This document shows positions 42,034 to 50,907 of a stretch of 64,000 nt of DNA, piece by piece (the first letter of the stretch is position 1; each line of letters starts with the position of its first letter). The DNA comes from an uncultured virus (IMG/VR IMGVR_UViG_3300033233_000011) (taxonomy: Duplodnaviria; Heunggongvirae; Uroviricota; Caudoviricetes). The stretch is from the IMG/VR virus record IMGVR_UViG_3300033233_000011; one strand, written 5' to 3'. The translations under genes and the position numbers were made by a program. Under the pieces are notes generated by a model. The model saw only the letters and a program-made list of their open reading frames with translations, did not search any database and was not told where the DNA came from.

Positions 42034-43077
42034 TCATGGTGTCCCGTACAAGGTCTGCGACCAGAGGAGCAGCTTCGCTCGATTCCCAGCAGACGGCACG
42101 TTGTTGTAGAGCAAGTACCTCGCGAACGTGCCGATGAACTTGAACACGGCGGTCGGCGGTCGCGGGGATCCGATCGTCAAGCCCGCGTTCGCCAAGGCGC
42201 CGTCGTTGCCCGCGGCCGCCCCGGCACCGTTTTTCTCGATGAAGCCCGAAGCGCCGTTGTAGGAAACGGCGTAGAGGTTCGTGGTGAGGTCGTAGGCCCC
42301 TGTCGTGATGGGGTTGCCGGCGTACGCCTCGACGCCGGTACCGACTGCACCGTTTGAGTAGAACTGCCAGCGCTTCGTCGCGTCCGAGCCGCCGTCCCAG
42401 ATGTACTCGATGCCGGCGATGGCGAAGCGCAGGACTCCGAACGCGCATCCCGGTTGCGCCAGGTCCGCCGTGAAATCTCCAGTCAACCGTTCGACCCCCG
42501 TGTACGTCAGGCTCGGCTGGCCCTTGAAGTTCACGTCCGTCGCGTTCCAGGTCGGTCTCTGCGCGGGGTCGGCTTCTGCCACCGCCGGCAGGAACGCCAC
42601 GTCGGCTTGGTTGGGCCAGGACGACACCTTGCCCGCGGCGAGCGTGACCTTGCTGCTGTCGAGGTCGACGAGCAGCCCGGGCACGTCGGCCGGGGTGAAG
42701 ACCTGTGTCGCCATCTCGACGCGCTCGGCCCAGACGTTCCAGTCGACTTCGTGCCCGGCGGCGGCCGTCACGTACACGTCCACGTACTGCCCGCTCGGCG
42801 TGAGCGTCACCGCGTAGCCGAGCGCGAGCGGGTCGGTGGTGACCGCCGCGATCGAGGCGGTCAGTTCTGGCAGGACACCGGTCGCGTTGTTGTAGACGAG
42901 GAGTTGCTGGGTCTTGACGAAGATCGCCTCGGCCGCGGCGTTGTTCTGGCCCGTCACCACGAGCCCGTAGATCGTGACGGTCGTGCCGGCCGGCACCTCG
43001 ATCCGCTTGATGAGCTTCGGGGTCGCGTTCGAGGTGTGCTCGATCGCGCTCGCGACGCCGTTGACGATGGGGATCAT
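42034..43077 (-). CDS. Virion protein with LamG/concanavalin-like C-terminal domain
   Basis: FTPADVPGL..DLD...VSSW.NQ and L.IG......F.G.FA..LLYN..S pattern. Confidence 0.65.
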   Translation of the reverse strand: MIPIVNGVASAIEHTSNATPKLIKRIEVPAGTTVTIYGLVVTGQNNAAAEAIFVKTQQLLVYNNATGVLPELTASIAAVTTDPLALGYAVTLTPSGQYVDVYVTAAAGHEVDWNVWAERVEMATQVFTPADVPGLLVDLDSSKVTLAAGKVSSWPNQADVAFLPAVAEADPAQRPTWNATDVNFKGQPSLTYTGVERLTGDFTADLAQPGCAFGVLRFAIAGIEYIWDGGSDATKRWQFYSNGAVGTGVEAYAGNPITTGAYDLTTNLYAVSYNGASGFIEKNGAGAAAGNDGALANAGLTIGSPRPPTAVFKFIGTFARYLLYNNVPSAGNRAKLLLWSQTLYGTP

Positions 43078-45059
43078 CTGGTGGCCACCAGTGCCGCGGC
43101 GCCCGCGGCCTTGCTCGTGACGGCGATGCCGAGCGAGTCGTTCGTCGCCGCCGCGTCCACGATCGCGTCGCCGCCGGCCCCGTGACGGAGCGGGTCGCCG
43201 GGAACGACGGCCTGCGCGGCCGCCACCCGGACCTGGGAGGCGTTGCCGGGCTTGGTGACGGCCACCAGGAAGGAACTCAGCGTCGCGGTGTCGTCGGCCG
43301 GCCCCTTGACGACCGTGAGGAAGCGGGCCGGGCTGCCGCCGAGCCCCGCCGCGATGACCTGGCCATCCGTCGTCGGGTCTAGCTCCACTACCGACCCGAG
43401 CGGTAGCGTGGCCGGGTTGCCGGCGCCGTCCAGGACGTCGTTCTGCACCAAGTACACCTCGTCGAGCGTCTGCACGACGCCGTCGAACGTGAACTGCTTG
43501 GCTCGGAACACGGTGCCCACCGGCACGGCTGCACTCAGGCCGAGCAGGTTGCCGCCGCCGGAGCCGCTGACGGTCAGCCGGTCGAACTCGATGAAGGCGG
43601 CCAGGGCGAGGTTCAGGACGAGCGGGGCGCCGTTGTACGTGCCGCCGCTGCCGCCCTGCTCGCGGATGTCCGTCTCGCCGAAGTGGTTCGTGTAGTTGCC
43701 GTTCTGCCACGTGATGGCGGCGGTCGTGCCCCGGATCTTCATGAGCGGGAAGTCGCCGTTCACGTCGCTGATGGAGATCCCGCGCATGCTCGTGCCGACG
43801 CCGAGGTTGATGACCTCCAGCTCGACGTCCCCGGACTGCCCGTCGTGCAGCGAGGCCGCGTAGACGTAGGCGGTGGCGCTCGTGTCCACGTTCTCGATCT
43901 TCACGCCCCGGGCCTCTAGGCCGAAGAAGAAGTCAGCGAGCGTCGCGACCACGTCCGCGCCCGTGTCGATGCCGGCGCCGATCGGAGCGCCGCCGATGTA
44001 GCCGTCGAGGTTGCCCGGCCCGCAGCGCGTGATGCGTTCGGCCGGGTTGCAGTCCGTGATCGTCACGTCGGCGAGCTTCGGGTTGAGGCCCCCGTAGACC
44101 TGGATGCCGATGTTGCCGCCGCCCAGGCGCCCACCGAGGAGCTGGTCGCTGGCGCTCCTGCCGCGGAACGTGACGTTACCGCGCGGAAAGCCGTTCGCGT
44201 GCTGCCGGGCGCCGCCCGGCACGTAGTCGAAGTTGATGATCCGTCCCTCGTGGGCGGAGTTCATCAGCACGTCGGAGTTCGTCTCGCCGACTCGTACGTA
44301 GTCCTCGACGAGGAAGTTCTGCGCCGCCAGCTCCAGGTCGAGCGCCGATCGGCTGAAGCCCCGCATGCGCTGGCCGATGAGCTGCACGTCGAGCGCGTAC
44401 TGCGCCATGATGCCGCTCGCGATGCTGCCGCCCGAGGCGTCCCAGTACCCGCCGATCACCTCGACGTTCCTGACGGGCAGGACGCGCCGGACGCGCGCCG
44501 CCACGGCGACGGACGAGAAGAACTCCAGGAGCGGCGCGTCGAGCGTGAGCACGAGCCCGGCGATGTTGACGACCTTTCGGATCTCGAAGATGAGGATCGA
44601 CCCGGCGCCGGACCCGTAGAGGTCACTGCCGGCCGTGCCGGTGTCGACGCTGAGGACCACGTACTGCCCGACCGCGAGCGCGCCGACGGCGGCGACCGTG
44701 ATCGTCGAGTCGCCGATGTTCCCGTCCGCCGTGAGCGTCGTGTCGAGCGTGACGGCGTCGATCGTGCCCTGCGCGCCGAACAGGTGGTTCTGCGGGTCGT
44801 CGGCGGACCCGACCGGGGGCGCGAGGGTCGTCGTGATGTTGCTCGGGCCGAAGTCGACCGTGACGAACGACCGGCCGGCGAGCGGGGCTTCGAGCACCAC
44901 GTCGCCGCAGACGTACAGGACCTTCTGGTGGCTCTCGCTGCCGAGCAGCGTCAGGGCGTCGAGGAAGAACTGGATCTCGGCCGCGGTGATGGTGGCGCCC
45001 GAGAGCACCGTGCCGCAGGAGGCGGTGCCGGACCCGGACCCCGGCGGGAAGAGCGGCAC
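43074..45059 (-). CDS. Tailspike-like parallel beta-helix protein (candidate receptor-binding protein or depolymerase)
   Basis: Gly/Asn/Ile-rich beta-helix-like repeats, 661 aa. Confidence 0.6.
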   Translation of the reverse strand: MPLFPPGSGSGTASCGTVLSGATITAAEIQFFLDALTLLGSESHQKVLYVCGDVVLEAPLAGRSFVTVDFGPSNITTTLAPPVGSADDPQNHLFGAQGTIDAVTLDTTLTADGNIGDSTITVAAVGALAVGQYVVLSVDTGTAGSDLYGSGAGSILIFEIRKVVNIAGLVLTLDAPLLEFFSSVAVAARVRRVLPVRNVEVIGGYWDASGGSIASGIMAQYALDVQLIGQRMRGFSRSALDLELAAQNFLVEDYVRVGETNSDVLMNSAHEGRIINFDYVPGGARQHANGFPRGNVTFRGRSASDQLLGGRLGGGNIGIQVYGGLNPKLADVTITDCNPAERITRCGPGNLDGYIGGAPIGAGIDTGADVVATLADFFFGLEARGVKIENVDTSATAYVYAASLHDGQSGDVELEVINLGVGTSMRGISISDVNGDFPLMKIRGTTAAITWQNGNYTNHFGETDIREQGGSGGTYNGAPLVLNLALAAFIEFDRLTVSGSGGGNLLGLSAAVPVGTVFRAKQFTFDGVVQTLDEVYLVQNDVLDGAGNPATLPLGSVVELDPTTDGQVIAAGLGGSPARFLTVVKGPADDTATLSSFLVAVTKPGNASQVRVAAAQAVVPGDPLRHGAGGDAIVDAAATNDSLGIAVTSKAAGAAALVATR

Positions 45060-45109
45060 CTAGGCCCCCGGCTCTGCCTCAAAATGAGGCTTCGCGTTCA
45101 GCGGCGTTT

Positions 45110-46210
45110 TCACGCCGCCTCCGGCGCGCTCAAGCCGAGCGCCAAAATGTTCCGAGCGGCGTTGAGGTCCCTGTCGGCGGTGTAGCCGCAGGACGGGCAG
45201 GCGTGAACACGGATCGAGAGATCCTTGCTCACCACCGTCCCGCACATGCTACACCGCTGACTGGTCCCGCGGGGATCTACGGCGATGACGTGCTTGCCAG
45301 CTTCTTCCGCTTTGCAAGCAATGCACCGCAAGAGGACTCCCCAGGCCGCATCGTGGATCGACTTCGCCAGGTTCCCGCGGACCATCCGCGCGATCTGCAA
45401 ATCTTCGTGGACGATCAGGTCGTAGTCGTTGACGAGCTGCTTGGCGACCTTCCTCGCGTAGTCGAGTCGCTGGTTCTTGATGTGCTCGTGGGAGCGGGCA
45501 ACGAGCCGCTTCGCGCGACGACGAGATCGGCTGTCGCGTTTTCTTCGAGCAAGTATCCGTTGGCGTCGGGCGAGCTGCTCTTCCGCTTCTCGAAAGTACC
45601 GCGGGTTCTCGACGACGCCGCCGTCGGAGAGCGTCGCGAGTTTCGTGAGCCCCACGTCGATCCCGACGACCTTGCCGGGACGAACGGCAACCTTCGGAGG
45701 CGCCTCGCCGACGTCACATGCGACGCAGGCATACCAACCCTTCGCGGAACGATGCAGGATGATGTCGAGCACTTCACCACCGAGGGGCCGGTAGAGGTGC
45801 ACCTTCACGTCGCCGAGCTTCGGGATCCGGATCCTCTTCGCGGCGAGATCGATCGCGACGCGACCGACCGAGAACGAATCGTAGCGGTCGCGACTCTTGA
45901 AGCGGGGATAGCCGGGCGTCTTGCCGGTCTTCACTCGCTGGAAGAACCCCTGAAAGGCGCGTTCGAGGCGACGCAGTGGTGACCGCATGACAGTCACCGG
46001 GATGTCTCGGTACTCGGCGGCGTCGCGACGCAACTTCGTCAACTCCTTCTGCTGGTCGTACCGGGTGATGGAGACTCGCTGACGGCGGTACGCTTCGCGT
46101 CGTTCTTCGAGAGCGGAGTTGTAGAACCTCTGGCAGGTGAGCAACCAGCGATCCAGGATCGCCTCCTGGATCTTCGTCGGTTGGAGCGGGTAGCGAAACG
46201 TCCGAGTCAC
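45110..46210 (-). CDS. tnpB: RNA-guided endonuclease TnpB, second copy, no TnpA
   Basis: FRYPLQPT, GYPRFKS, GIDVG / HEDL / DRDLNAARNI, CSMCG..CPSCG. Confidence 0.95.
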   Translation of the reverse strand: MTRTFRYPLQPTKIQEAILDRWLLTCQRFYNSALEERREAYRRQRVSITRYDQQKELTKLRRDAAEYRDIPVTVMRSPLRRLERAFQGFFQRVKTGKTPGYPRFKSRDRYDSFSVGRVAIDLAAKRIRIPKLGDVKVHLYRPLGGEVLDIILHRSAKGWYACVACDVGEAPPKVAVRPGKVVGIDVGLTKLATLSDGGVVENPRYFREAEEQLARRQRILARRKRDSRSRRRAKRLVARSHEHIKNQRLDYARKVAKQLVNDYDLIVHEDLQIARMVRGNLAKSIHDAAWGVLLRCIACKAEEAGKHVIAVDPRGTSQRCSMCGTVVSKDLSIRVHACPSCGYTADRDLNAARNILALGLSAPEAA

Positions 46211-46240
46211 GTCGAGGTCAGCTTAACACTTTTTTTGAGG

Positions 46241-46510
46241 CTAGGCCCCCCAGGCGACGAACCAGCTCGTCACGTTGCCGCCGAACGTCACCACGATGAT
46301 CCCCTGCTCCTGCGCCTCGCGGCGCGTCTCCCACGGCGAGAAGCCGGCGCCGGGCGGGACCGTCACGACCGCCCCGGCCGCGCCGATCTGGCAGGTGCAC
46401 CCGAGCGGCCCCGCGAGGCACGAGACCTCCTTCAGGTAGTGCCGGACCGGGACGGTGACGACCGCGGCGCCGACGCCGGCCGCGTTGTTGTAGTAGGGCG
46501 TGGTCGCCAC
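46241..46510 (-). CDS. Small beta-rich hypothetical protein
   Basis: ORF in the structural block; TAGGAT upstream. Confidence 0.55.
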   Translation of the reverse strand: MATTPYYNNAAGVGAAVVTVPVRHYLKEVSCLAGPLGCTCQIGAAGAVVTVPPGAGFSPWETRREAQEQGIIVVTFGGNVTSWFVAWGA

Positions 46511-46523
46511 GGAAGGCCCGATC

Positions 46524-47048
46524 CTAGTACCAGCTCGGCCCCGAAGTCCAACTCAGGGCCGCGCTGCGCGTCTGCCAGCTCCGGCTCTGGCCGTCCCACT
46601 CGAACCAGCGCGAGATGCTCCAGGGGCGGGTCGGCTGGGCCTGGCCGAGCCTCCGGCGCGCCTCGAAGATCTCGACGGCGCTCACGATGGGCATCTTCTG
46701 CTCCAGCCGCTCCCACGCCCGCTCGGACCACGCGACGGGCCCGAGGGTCGGGTCCTCTCGGCTCTCGTACTCGTCGAAGAAGTGCCACGTCGCGGCCGGC
46801 GGCGTCGCCTTGATCCAGGCGGCGATGAAGCCCGAGGCGTCGAGGTACCAGAGGGGGTTGGCTGCTTCGTGCTGCCCCGGCACGGGACGGGGACCGGGAG
46901 GCGGCGGGTAGCCGGCGGGGCGGGCGCTCGGGGGCGGCAGATCGGCGGGCGGAGCGGGCGGAGCGGGGGCGGCGGGCTTCTTCTTCAGCAGCTCGTAGCC
47001 GGCGACGAGGACGCCCGCGCCGATGGCGAGCTTGGCGAAGAAGCTCAT
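46524..47048 (-). CDS. Protein with N-terminal membrane anchor and Pro-rich linker
   Basis: MSFFAKLAIGAGVLVAGYELLKKK. Confidence 0.65.
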   Translation of the reverse strand: MSFFAKLAIGAGVLVAGYELLKKKPAAPAPPAPPADLPPPSARPAGYPPPPGPRPVPGQHEAANPLWYLDASGFIAAWIKATPPAATWHFFDEYESREDPTLGPVAWSERAWERLEQKMPIVSAVEIFEARRRLGQAQPTRPWSISRWFEWDGQSRSWQTRSAALSWTSGPSWY

Positions 47049-47175
47049 GATCCGAAGATCCTCTCGCCGATGCGGCGCAGCCTGACGTTCTCGCGCTCCT
47101 CTGCCGCGCGCAGTCGGCGTTCCTTGGCACTCAGCTTCGAGGGCTGACGACTCTTCGGCTTTCGACGCCTGCGGT

Positions 47176-47670
47176 TCACGACAGTTTCTCCAGCGCCGCG
47201 ACGAAGCTCGGGTTCGTGAGCGCATTCGACCGCGCCCGGCGCACCTGATCGATACACGCCTTGCCGGAGGCGCGGGTCAGCTCGCGGATCGCGAGCGCGC
47301 TGATGAGCCCGCTCCGATTTCTGCCCTGCATGCAGGTCGTGAGGACCCTGCCCTTCATCTTCAGAACGCGCGCGACGAAGTGCGCCGCCGCGCGCGCACG
47401 CCTGTGCTCGGCATCCGAGAGGTCCGCGTCGTCGAGGTCCGCCGAGTGCAGCATCACGCCCGGGAACAGCCGCTCGTCGGGCTCCGCACCGTAGCAGTAC
47501 CGGTACTCGGCCGTCGTCGCCGCGAGCACGAGCGCGTCGAAGCCAGCGCGCCGAACAGCGGACCCCGTAGGCGGCACGCTCCCCTGCCAGAGGCCCGGGT
47601 ACACGCGGTGCGCGTCGAGGCCGGGGGCCTGGGAGACGGCAGCGTAGGTGGGGATCCACTCGAACTGCAC
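47176..47670 (-). CDS. Dual-specificity/PTP-like phosphatase
   Basis: VYPGLWQGS and CX5R loop VLTTCMQGRNRS. Confidence 0.85.
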   Translation of the reverse strand: MQFEWIPTYAAVSQAPGLDAHRVYPGLWQGSVPPTGSAVRRAGFDALVLAATTAEYRYCYGAEPDERLFPGVMLHSADLDDADLSDAEHRRARAAAHFVARVLKMKGRVLTTCMQGRNRSGLISALAIRELTRASGKACIDQVRRARSNALTNPSFVAALEKLS

Positions 47671-47673
47671 GGG

Positions 47674-48255
47674 CTACCTAGGTTGAAAATACGACCCGTC
47701 GTACGTGCGCCTGATCTGCTCGTTGAAGTGCTCCACCCCGGCCTCGCCGTACAGGCGGTGCACGGCCCGGGCCTGGTCGAAGTAGCCCTGGTCGTAGAGC
47801 GCGACGGCCGCGAGGGACGCCTCGCTGATGGGCGGGGAGTGGCTCTTGATCGCTTCGACGATCGCGCCGGCCTCGAAGAACGACAGGCGGCGGAGGTTCC
47901 AGCACTCGACGCCGAGGCAGTACCGCTCCGGCAGGTGCGTCCCGGTGTGCGTCCAGAACTCGGGCAGCCACGGGTAGAGGATCCCCGGGGATCGCTCGGC
48001 CTCGGGGCGGGGGTCGCCGACGGCGCCCGGGGGCGCGTCCGCTCCCTCGAAGGTCACCGCCAGCCTCGTCGGTGCGGCGATCAGGCCGAGCGCCGATCCG
48101 ACGACCGCGCCGAGGGCGGCGCCCTTCACGCCCCCGACGAGCGCCCCGATCCCGGCGCCGGCCGCGGCGGAGCCGACGACCACGCCCATGCCGGTGCTCC
48201 GCTCGGCCGTGATCTTCTTCGGCGGGTCTGTTGAAGTAGCTTCCAGGCCGATCAT
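47674..48255 (-). CDS. Glycine-zipper membrane protein
   Basis: GAGIGALVGG..GAALGAVVG; ends YDGSYFQPR. Confidence 0.65.
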   Translation of the reverse strand: MIGLEATSTDPPKKITAERSTGMGVVVGSAAAGAGIGALVGGVKGAALGAVVGSALGLIAAPTRLAVTFEGADAPPGAVGDPRPEAERSPGILYPWLPEFWTHTGTHLPERYCLGVECWNLRRLSFFEAGAIVEAIKSHSPPISEASLAAVALYDQGYFDQARAVHRLYGEAGVEHFNEQIRRTYDGSYFQPR

Positions 48256-48908
48256 CAGTAGTCCATCGGGTTCGAGAAGAGTGCGTAGGGGTTCGAGGTC
48301 CGGCCCCCGGGCTCAGCGTACTCCACGCTCCGCCCCGCCGGGCGACCGAGTGCGTTCCGGCCCTCGGTCGTGATCTGCGTCGCGCCGGCCTTGTTTCGCT
48401 TCAGCCACCCGCGCGCGACGAAAGCGTCCAGCTCCGCCGGGCTCGGCGGGTGCCGCTCGCGCGCCCACTCGTCCTTCCTGCCCGCGGAGGTCAGGGCGTC
48501 GAACGTGTAGAGCACCCACCGCTCGCGCGGCGTGACCGAGACGCCGGCTGCCGGCAGCAGGGGCGCGAGCATGTCGGGCCGCACGTACACGCGCGCGTTC
48601 GTCGGGTGACCGCCGCCGGACGAGCCCCTGACGACCGCGACGTTCGCCGGGATCCGGTAGGCGTTTCGATCGAGGTCCACGCGGTTCTCGGGGCTGAACA
48701 TGTTCGCGCCGCCCCAGGATCCCCACTCGACCTCGTGCCTGCCGCTCGACAGGTCCACGATCGCGAAGAACTCGCGCCGCCCCGCGCCGCCGGCGCCGAG
48801 CGGGGAGATCTCTTCGGCGGCCTCCACCTCGATGTCCTTCCTGCCGTAGCCGACCTCGTCGAGGGCGCGCTGGATGGCGTCGGGCAGGTCGGAGGTCTTG
48901 GCGTACAC
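48255..48908 (-). CDS. Hypothetical protein with C-terminal FSNP tag
   Basis: Ends RTSNPYALFSNPMDY. Confidence 0.75.
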   Translation of the reverse strand: MYAKTSDLPDAIQRALDEVGYGRKDIEVEAAEEISPLGAGGAGRREFFAIVDLSSGRHEVEWGSWGGANMFSPENRVDLDRNAYRIPANVAVVRGSSGGGHPTNARVYVRPDMLAPLLPAAGVSVTPRERWVLYTFDALTSAGRKDEWARERHPPSPAELDAFVARGWLKRNKAGATQITTEGRNALGRPAGRSVEYAEPGGRTSNPYALFSNPMDY

Positions 48909-48911
48909 GGC

Positions 48912-49322
48912 TCACTCGCCCCCGTGCGGGTTCGAGAAGCGCGCGTACGGGTTCCCCTCCGGGTTGCCCCGGCGCTCTTTTCGGACCGCGGCGCGCTTCT
49001 TCGCGGGGCTCATCTTGTGGTGCCACTGCGCGCCGCACACCGCGCCGGCGTCCCTGACCTTGCCGCCGGCTTCGACGCCAGCGATGCAGCGGCGCATCCA
49101 CTGCTTCGGGGGGCGGCCGGGGTTGGAGGTGCGGCCGGCCTCGCCCAGTATCTCTGCGAGACTGATACGTACCGCCTGAGCCCCCATGACGCTCAGATTG
49201 GCGGGGCTCTCTGGTTCAGCCGCCAATCCCAAACGGTAGCGAAGGTACCGCTCGGCATACTCGCGCTTGGCATCGTTCCGGATCTTTCGCACGTACCGAT
49301 GTGCTGCTTCCTTGGCCGTCAC
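48912..49322 (-). CDS. Basic hypothetical protein with C-terminal FSNP tag
   Basis: Ends GNPYARFSNPHGGE; internal RTSNP. Confidence 0.7.
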   Translation of the reverse strand: MTAKEAAHRYVRKIRNDAKREYAERYLRYRLGLAAEPESPANLSVMGAQAVRISLAEILGEAGRTSNPGRPPKQWMRRCIAGVEAGGKVRDAGAVCGAQWHHKMSPAKKRAAVRKERRGNPEGNPYARFSNPHGGE

Positions 49323-49663
49323 GACAAACCCCCGTGCGGGTTCGAGAACATGGCGTACGGGTTCTTGACCCGGACGGTCTGCGTCGAGGTCGTGACCGTC
49401 TTGGTGATCTTCTTCGGGTTCGAGGAGCGGGGGTCGAACACCGTCGCGTGCTCGTCGATCCAAACGTTGCCCAAGGGCGTCACGAAGTAATGACCGCGTC
49501 GGCTGCTTTCGATGATGCGCGCACTTTCGAGCGCTCCGATCGTCATCGGCCGGCGGTGCACGGAGTAGAAACGGAAATCTGCCGGCGTCCAGTCCGGAGA
49601 GTGCTTCTCTTCGAGCGTCTTCAGGATGATCGCCGTGTCGTGCTTGTCTCCGCGGTAGCTCAT
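49319..49663 (-). CDS. Hypothetical protein with C-terminal FSNP tag
   Basis: Ends KNPYAMFSNPHGGLS. Confidence 0.7.
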   Translation of the reverse strand: MSYRGDKHDTAIILKTLEEKHSPDWTPADFRFYSVHRRPMTIGALESARIIESSRRGHYFVTPLGNVWIDEHATVFDPRSSNPKKITKTVTTSTQTVRVKNPYAMFSNPHGGLS

Positions 49664-50091
49664 CGCGCCCCCCACGGGTTCGAGAACGTCTTCGGGTTCG
49701 TCATCCGTCCCCGCCCCGACGCCGCGGCTCCTACCAACGCTCCTCCTACGGCCCCCGCCGCCGCGCCCACGGGCCCGCCGACGACCGCGCCGAGCACGGC
49801 GCCCGAGGCGCCGCCCACGAGCATGTTCGTGTTCGAGGAGGGGTTGCTCCGGCGCGGCTCGCGGACGACGAGCGTGCCGGAGCGGGCGTGGACCCACTCG
49901 CGCTTGACGATCTGCGAGGCCTTCCACTCCTCTTCCGTGCCGACGCGAAAGGGCCCGCGCCGCGCGGTGTACCGGACGCGGACGTCGCCGACCTCGGGCC
50001 GGGAGCGCACGACGACGGCGGGGACCAGGCCCGCCCCGATCGAGTCGAGGAAGACCTTGTCACCGGGGGCGAAGTCGGAGGCGCTAGCCAC
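49660..50091 (-). CDS. SH3-like plus glycine-zipper protein with C-terminal FSNP tag
   Basis: Ends TNPKTFSNPWGAR. Confidence 0.7.
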   Translation of the reverse strand: MASASDFAPGDKVFLDSIGAGLVPAVVVRSRPEVGDVRVRYTARRGPFRVGTEEEWKASQIVKREWVHARSGTLVVREPRRSNPSSNTNMLVGGASGAVLGAVVGGPVGAAAGAVGGALVGAAASGRGRMTNPKTFSNPWGAR

Positions 50092-50356
50092 AGTTGCATC
50101 CGAAGGGGTTCGAGAAGCGAGTGGGATTGTTGTAGCGATCGAACAGCGTCGCCAACTCGGGGGCGAGGCGCCGGTAGCCCTCCAGCTTGTCCATCTCGAC
50201 GATGAAGTGGCCGTCGCGGGAGACTCCCTTCACCTCACCGTAGCGAGCGCCGCGCATCCACAGGTCGGTACCCGGGTGCAACTCGAAGCGGCGACCGAGA
50301 ACACCCTGCGCCTCGGCTCGTTCGATGTCGGCGGTGCTTCGCTTCGTACGTCTCAT
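50084..50356 (-). CDS. Small protein with C-terminal FSNP tag
   Basis: Ends NNPTRFSNPFGCNCG. Confidence 0.7.
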   Translation of the reverse strand: MRRTKRSTADIERAEAQGVLGRRFELHPGTDLWMRGARYGEVKGVSRDGHFIVEMDKLEGYRRLAPELATLFDRYNNPTRFSNPFGCNCG

Positions 50357-50499
50357 GGGCCCCCCATCGGGTTCGAGAAGCCGGCCGGCACGTAGTCGCG
50401 GCGCTGCGCGACGCGCGTGCCGTCCGAGAGCAGCGTGAAGTCGCCGAGCCTGGCGGAGTACAGCATCACGACGCGGTCGCCGGGCTTGTAGTCCTTCAC
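50353..50499 (-). CDS. 48-aa protein with C-terminal FSNP tag
   Basis: Ends AGFSNPMGGP; GTGA overlap start. Confidence 0.6.
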   Translation of the reverse strand: MKDYKPGDRVVMLYSARLGDFTLLSDGTRVAQRRDYVPAGFSNPMGGP

Positions 50500-50893
50500 G
50501 GCGACCTGTGCGGGTTCGAGAAGAAGGTCGGGCTCATTGGGTTGTGGTGTCTCTCTACCGTGGGGCCCGATTTGCTGCGCCGGATCTGCGTCGTGCCGTC
50601 GTCGTTCGTCGCCCACTCCGTGGCGGCGGCGATGGCGTCGGCAACTTCTTCGGACGGTCCCGAGGCGTCCTCACGTTGTCCGTGTAGTAGCTGCCGAACG
50701 AGATCGCACTCCGGGCCATCTCGTCGTATGCCTCTGGCGAGTCGTAGGCGATCCCTGGCCCGAAGCCGATCGGCGCTGCGTGAAGGTTCTCAAATCTCCA
50801 AATCTTGCCGCCGGCTGAGATGCTGCCGGCGTAGTCGCCCCGGTCCCGATACGTGATCCGGACGACCGCGTCGCCGATGTACCGGGTGGCCAC
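50496..50893 (-). CDS. Hypothetical protein with C-terminal FSNP tag; apparent frameshift near 50673
   Basis: MATRYIG...YYTDN continues in another frame as EDASGPSEEVAD...HNPMSPTFFSNPHRSP*. Confidence 0.6.
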
Positions 50894-50907
50894 GGGCGCA
50901 TCCTACC

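Noticed and set aside
29973..46210. TnpBs as Cas12 effectors or catalytically dead repressors
   Set aside because: No CRISPR array nearby, and all three RuvC acidic residues are intact in both copies
50660..50690. Programmed frameshift in the first gene of the FSNP array
   Set aside because: No slippery sequence is evident; similar one-base losses near 31930 and ~22.2 kb point to sequencing indels until reads are checked
48255..50893. FSNP peptides as RiPP precursors
   Set aside because: The tags are on folded, unrelated proteins and no RiPP maturase (radical SAM, YcaO, LanM) is recognisable in the window
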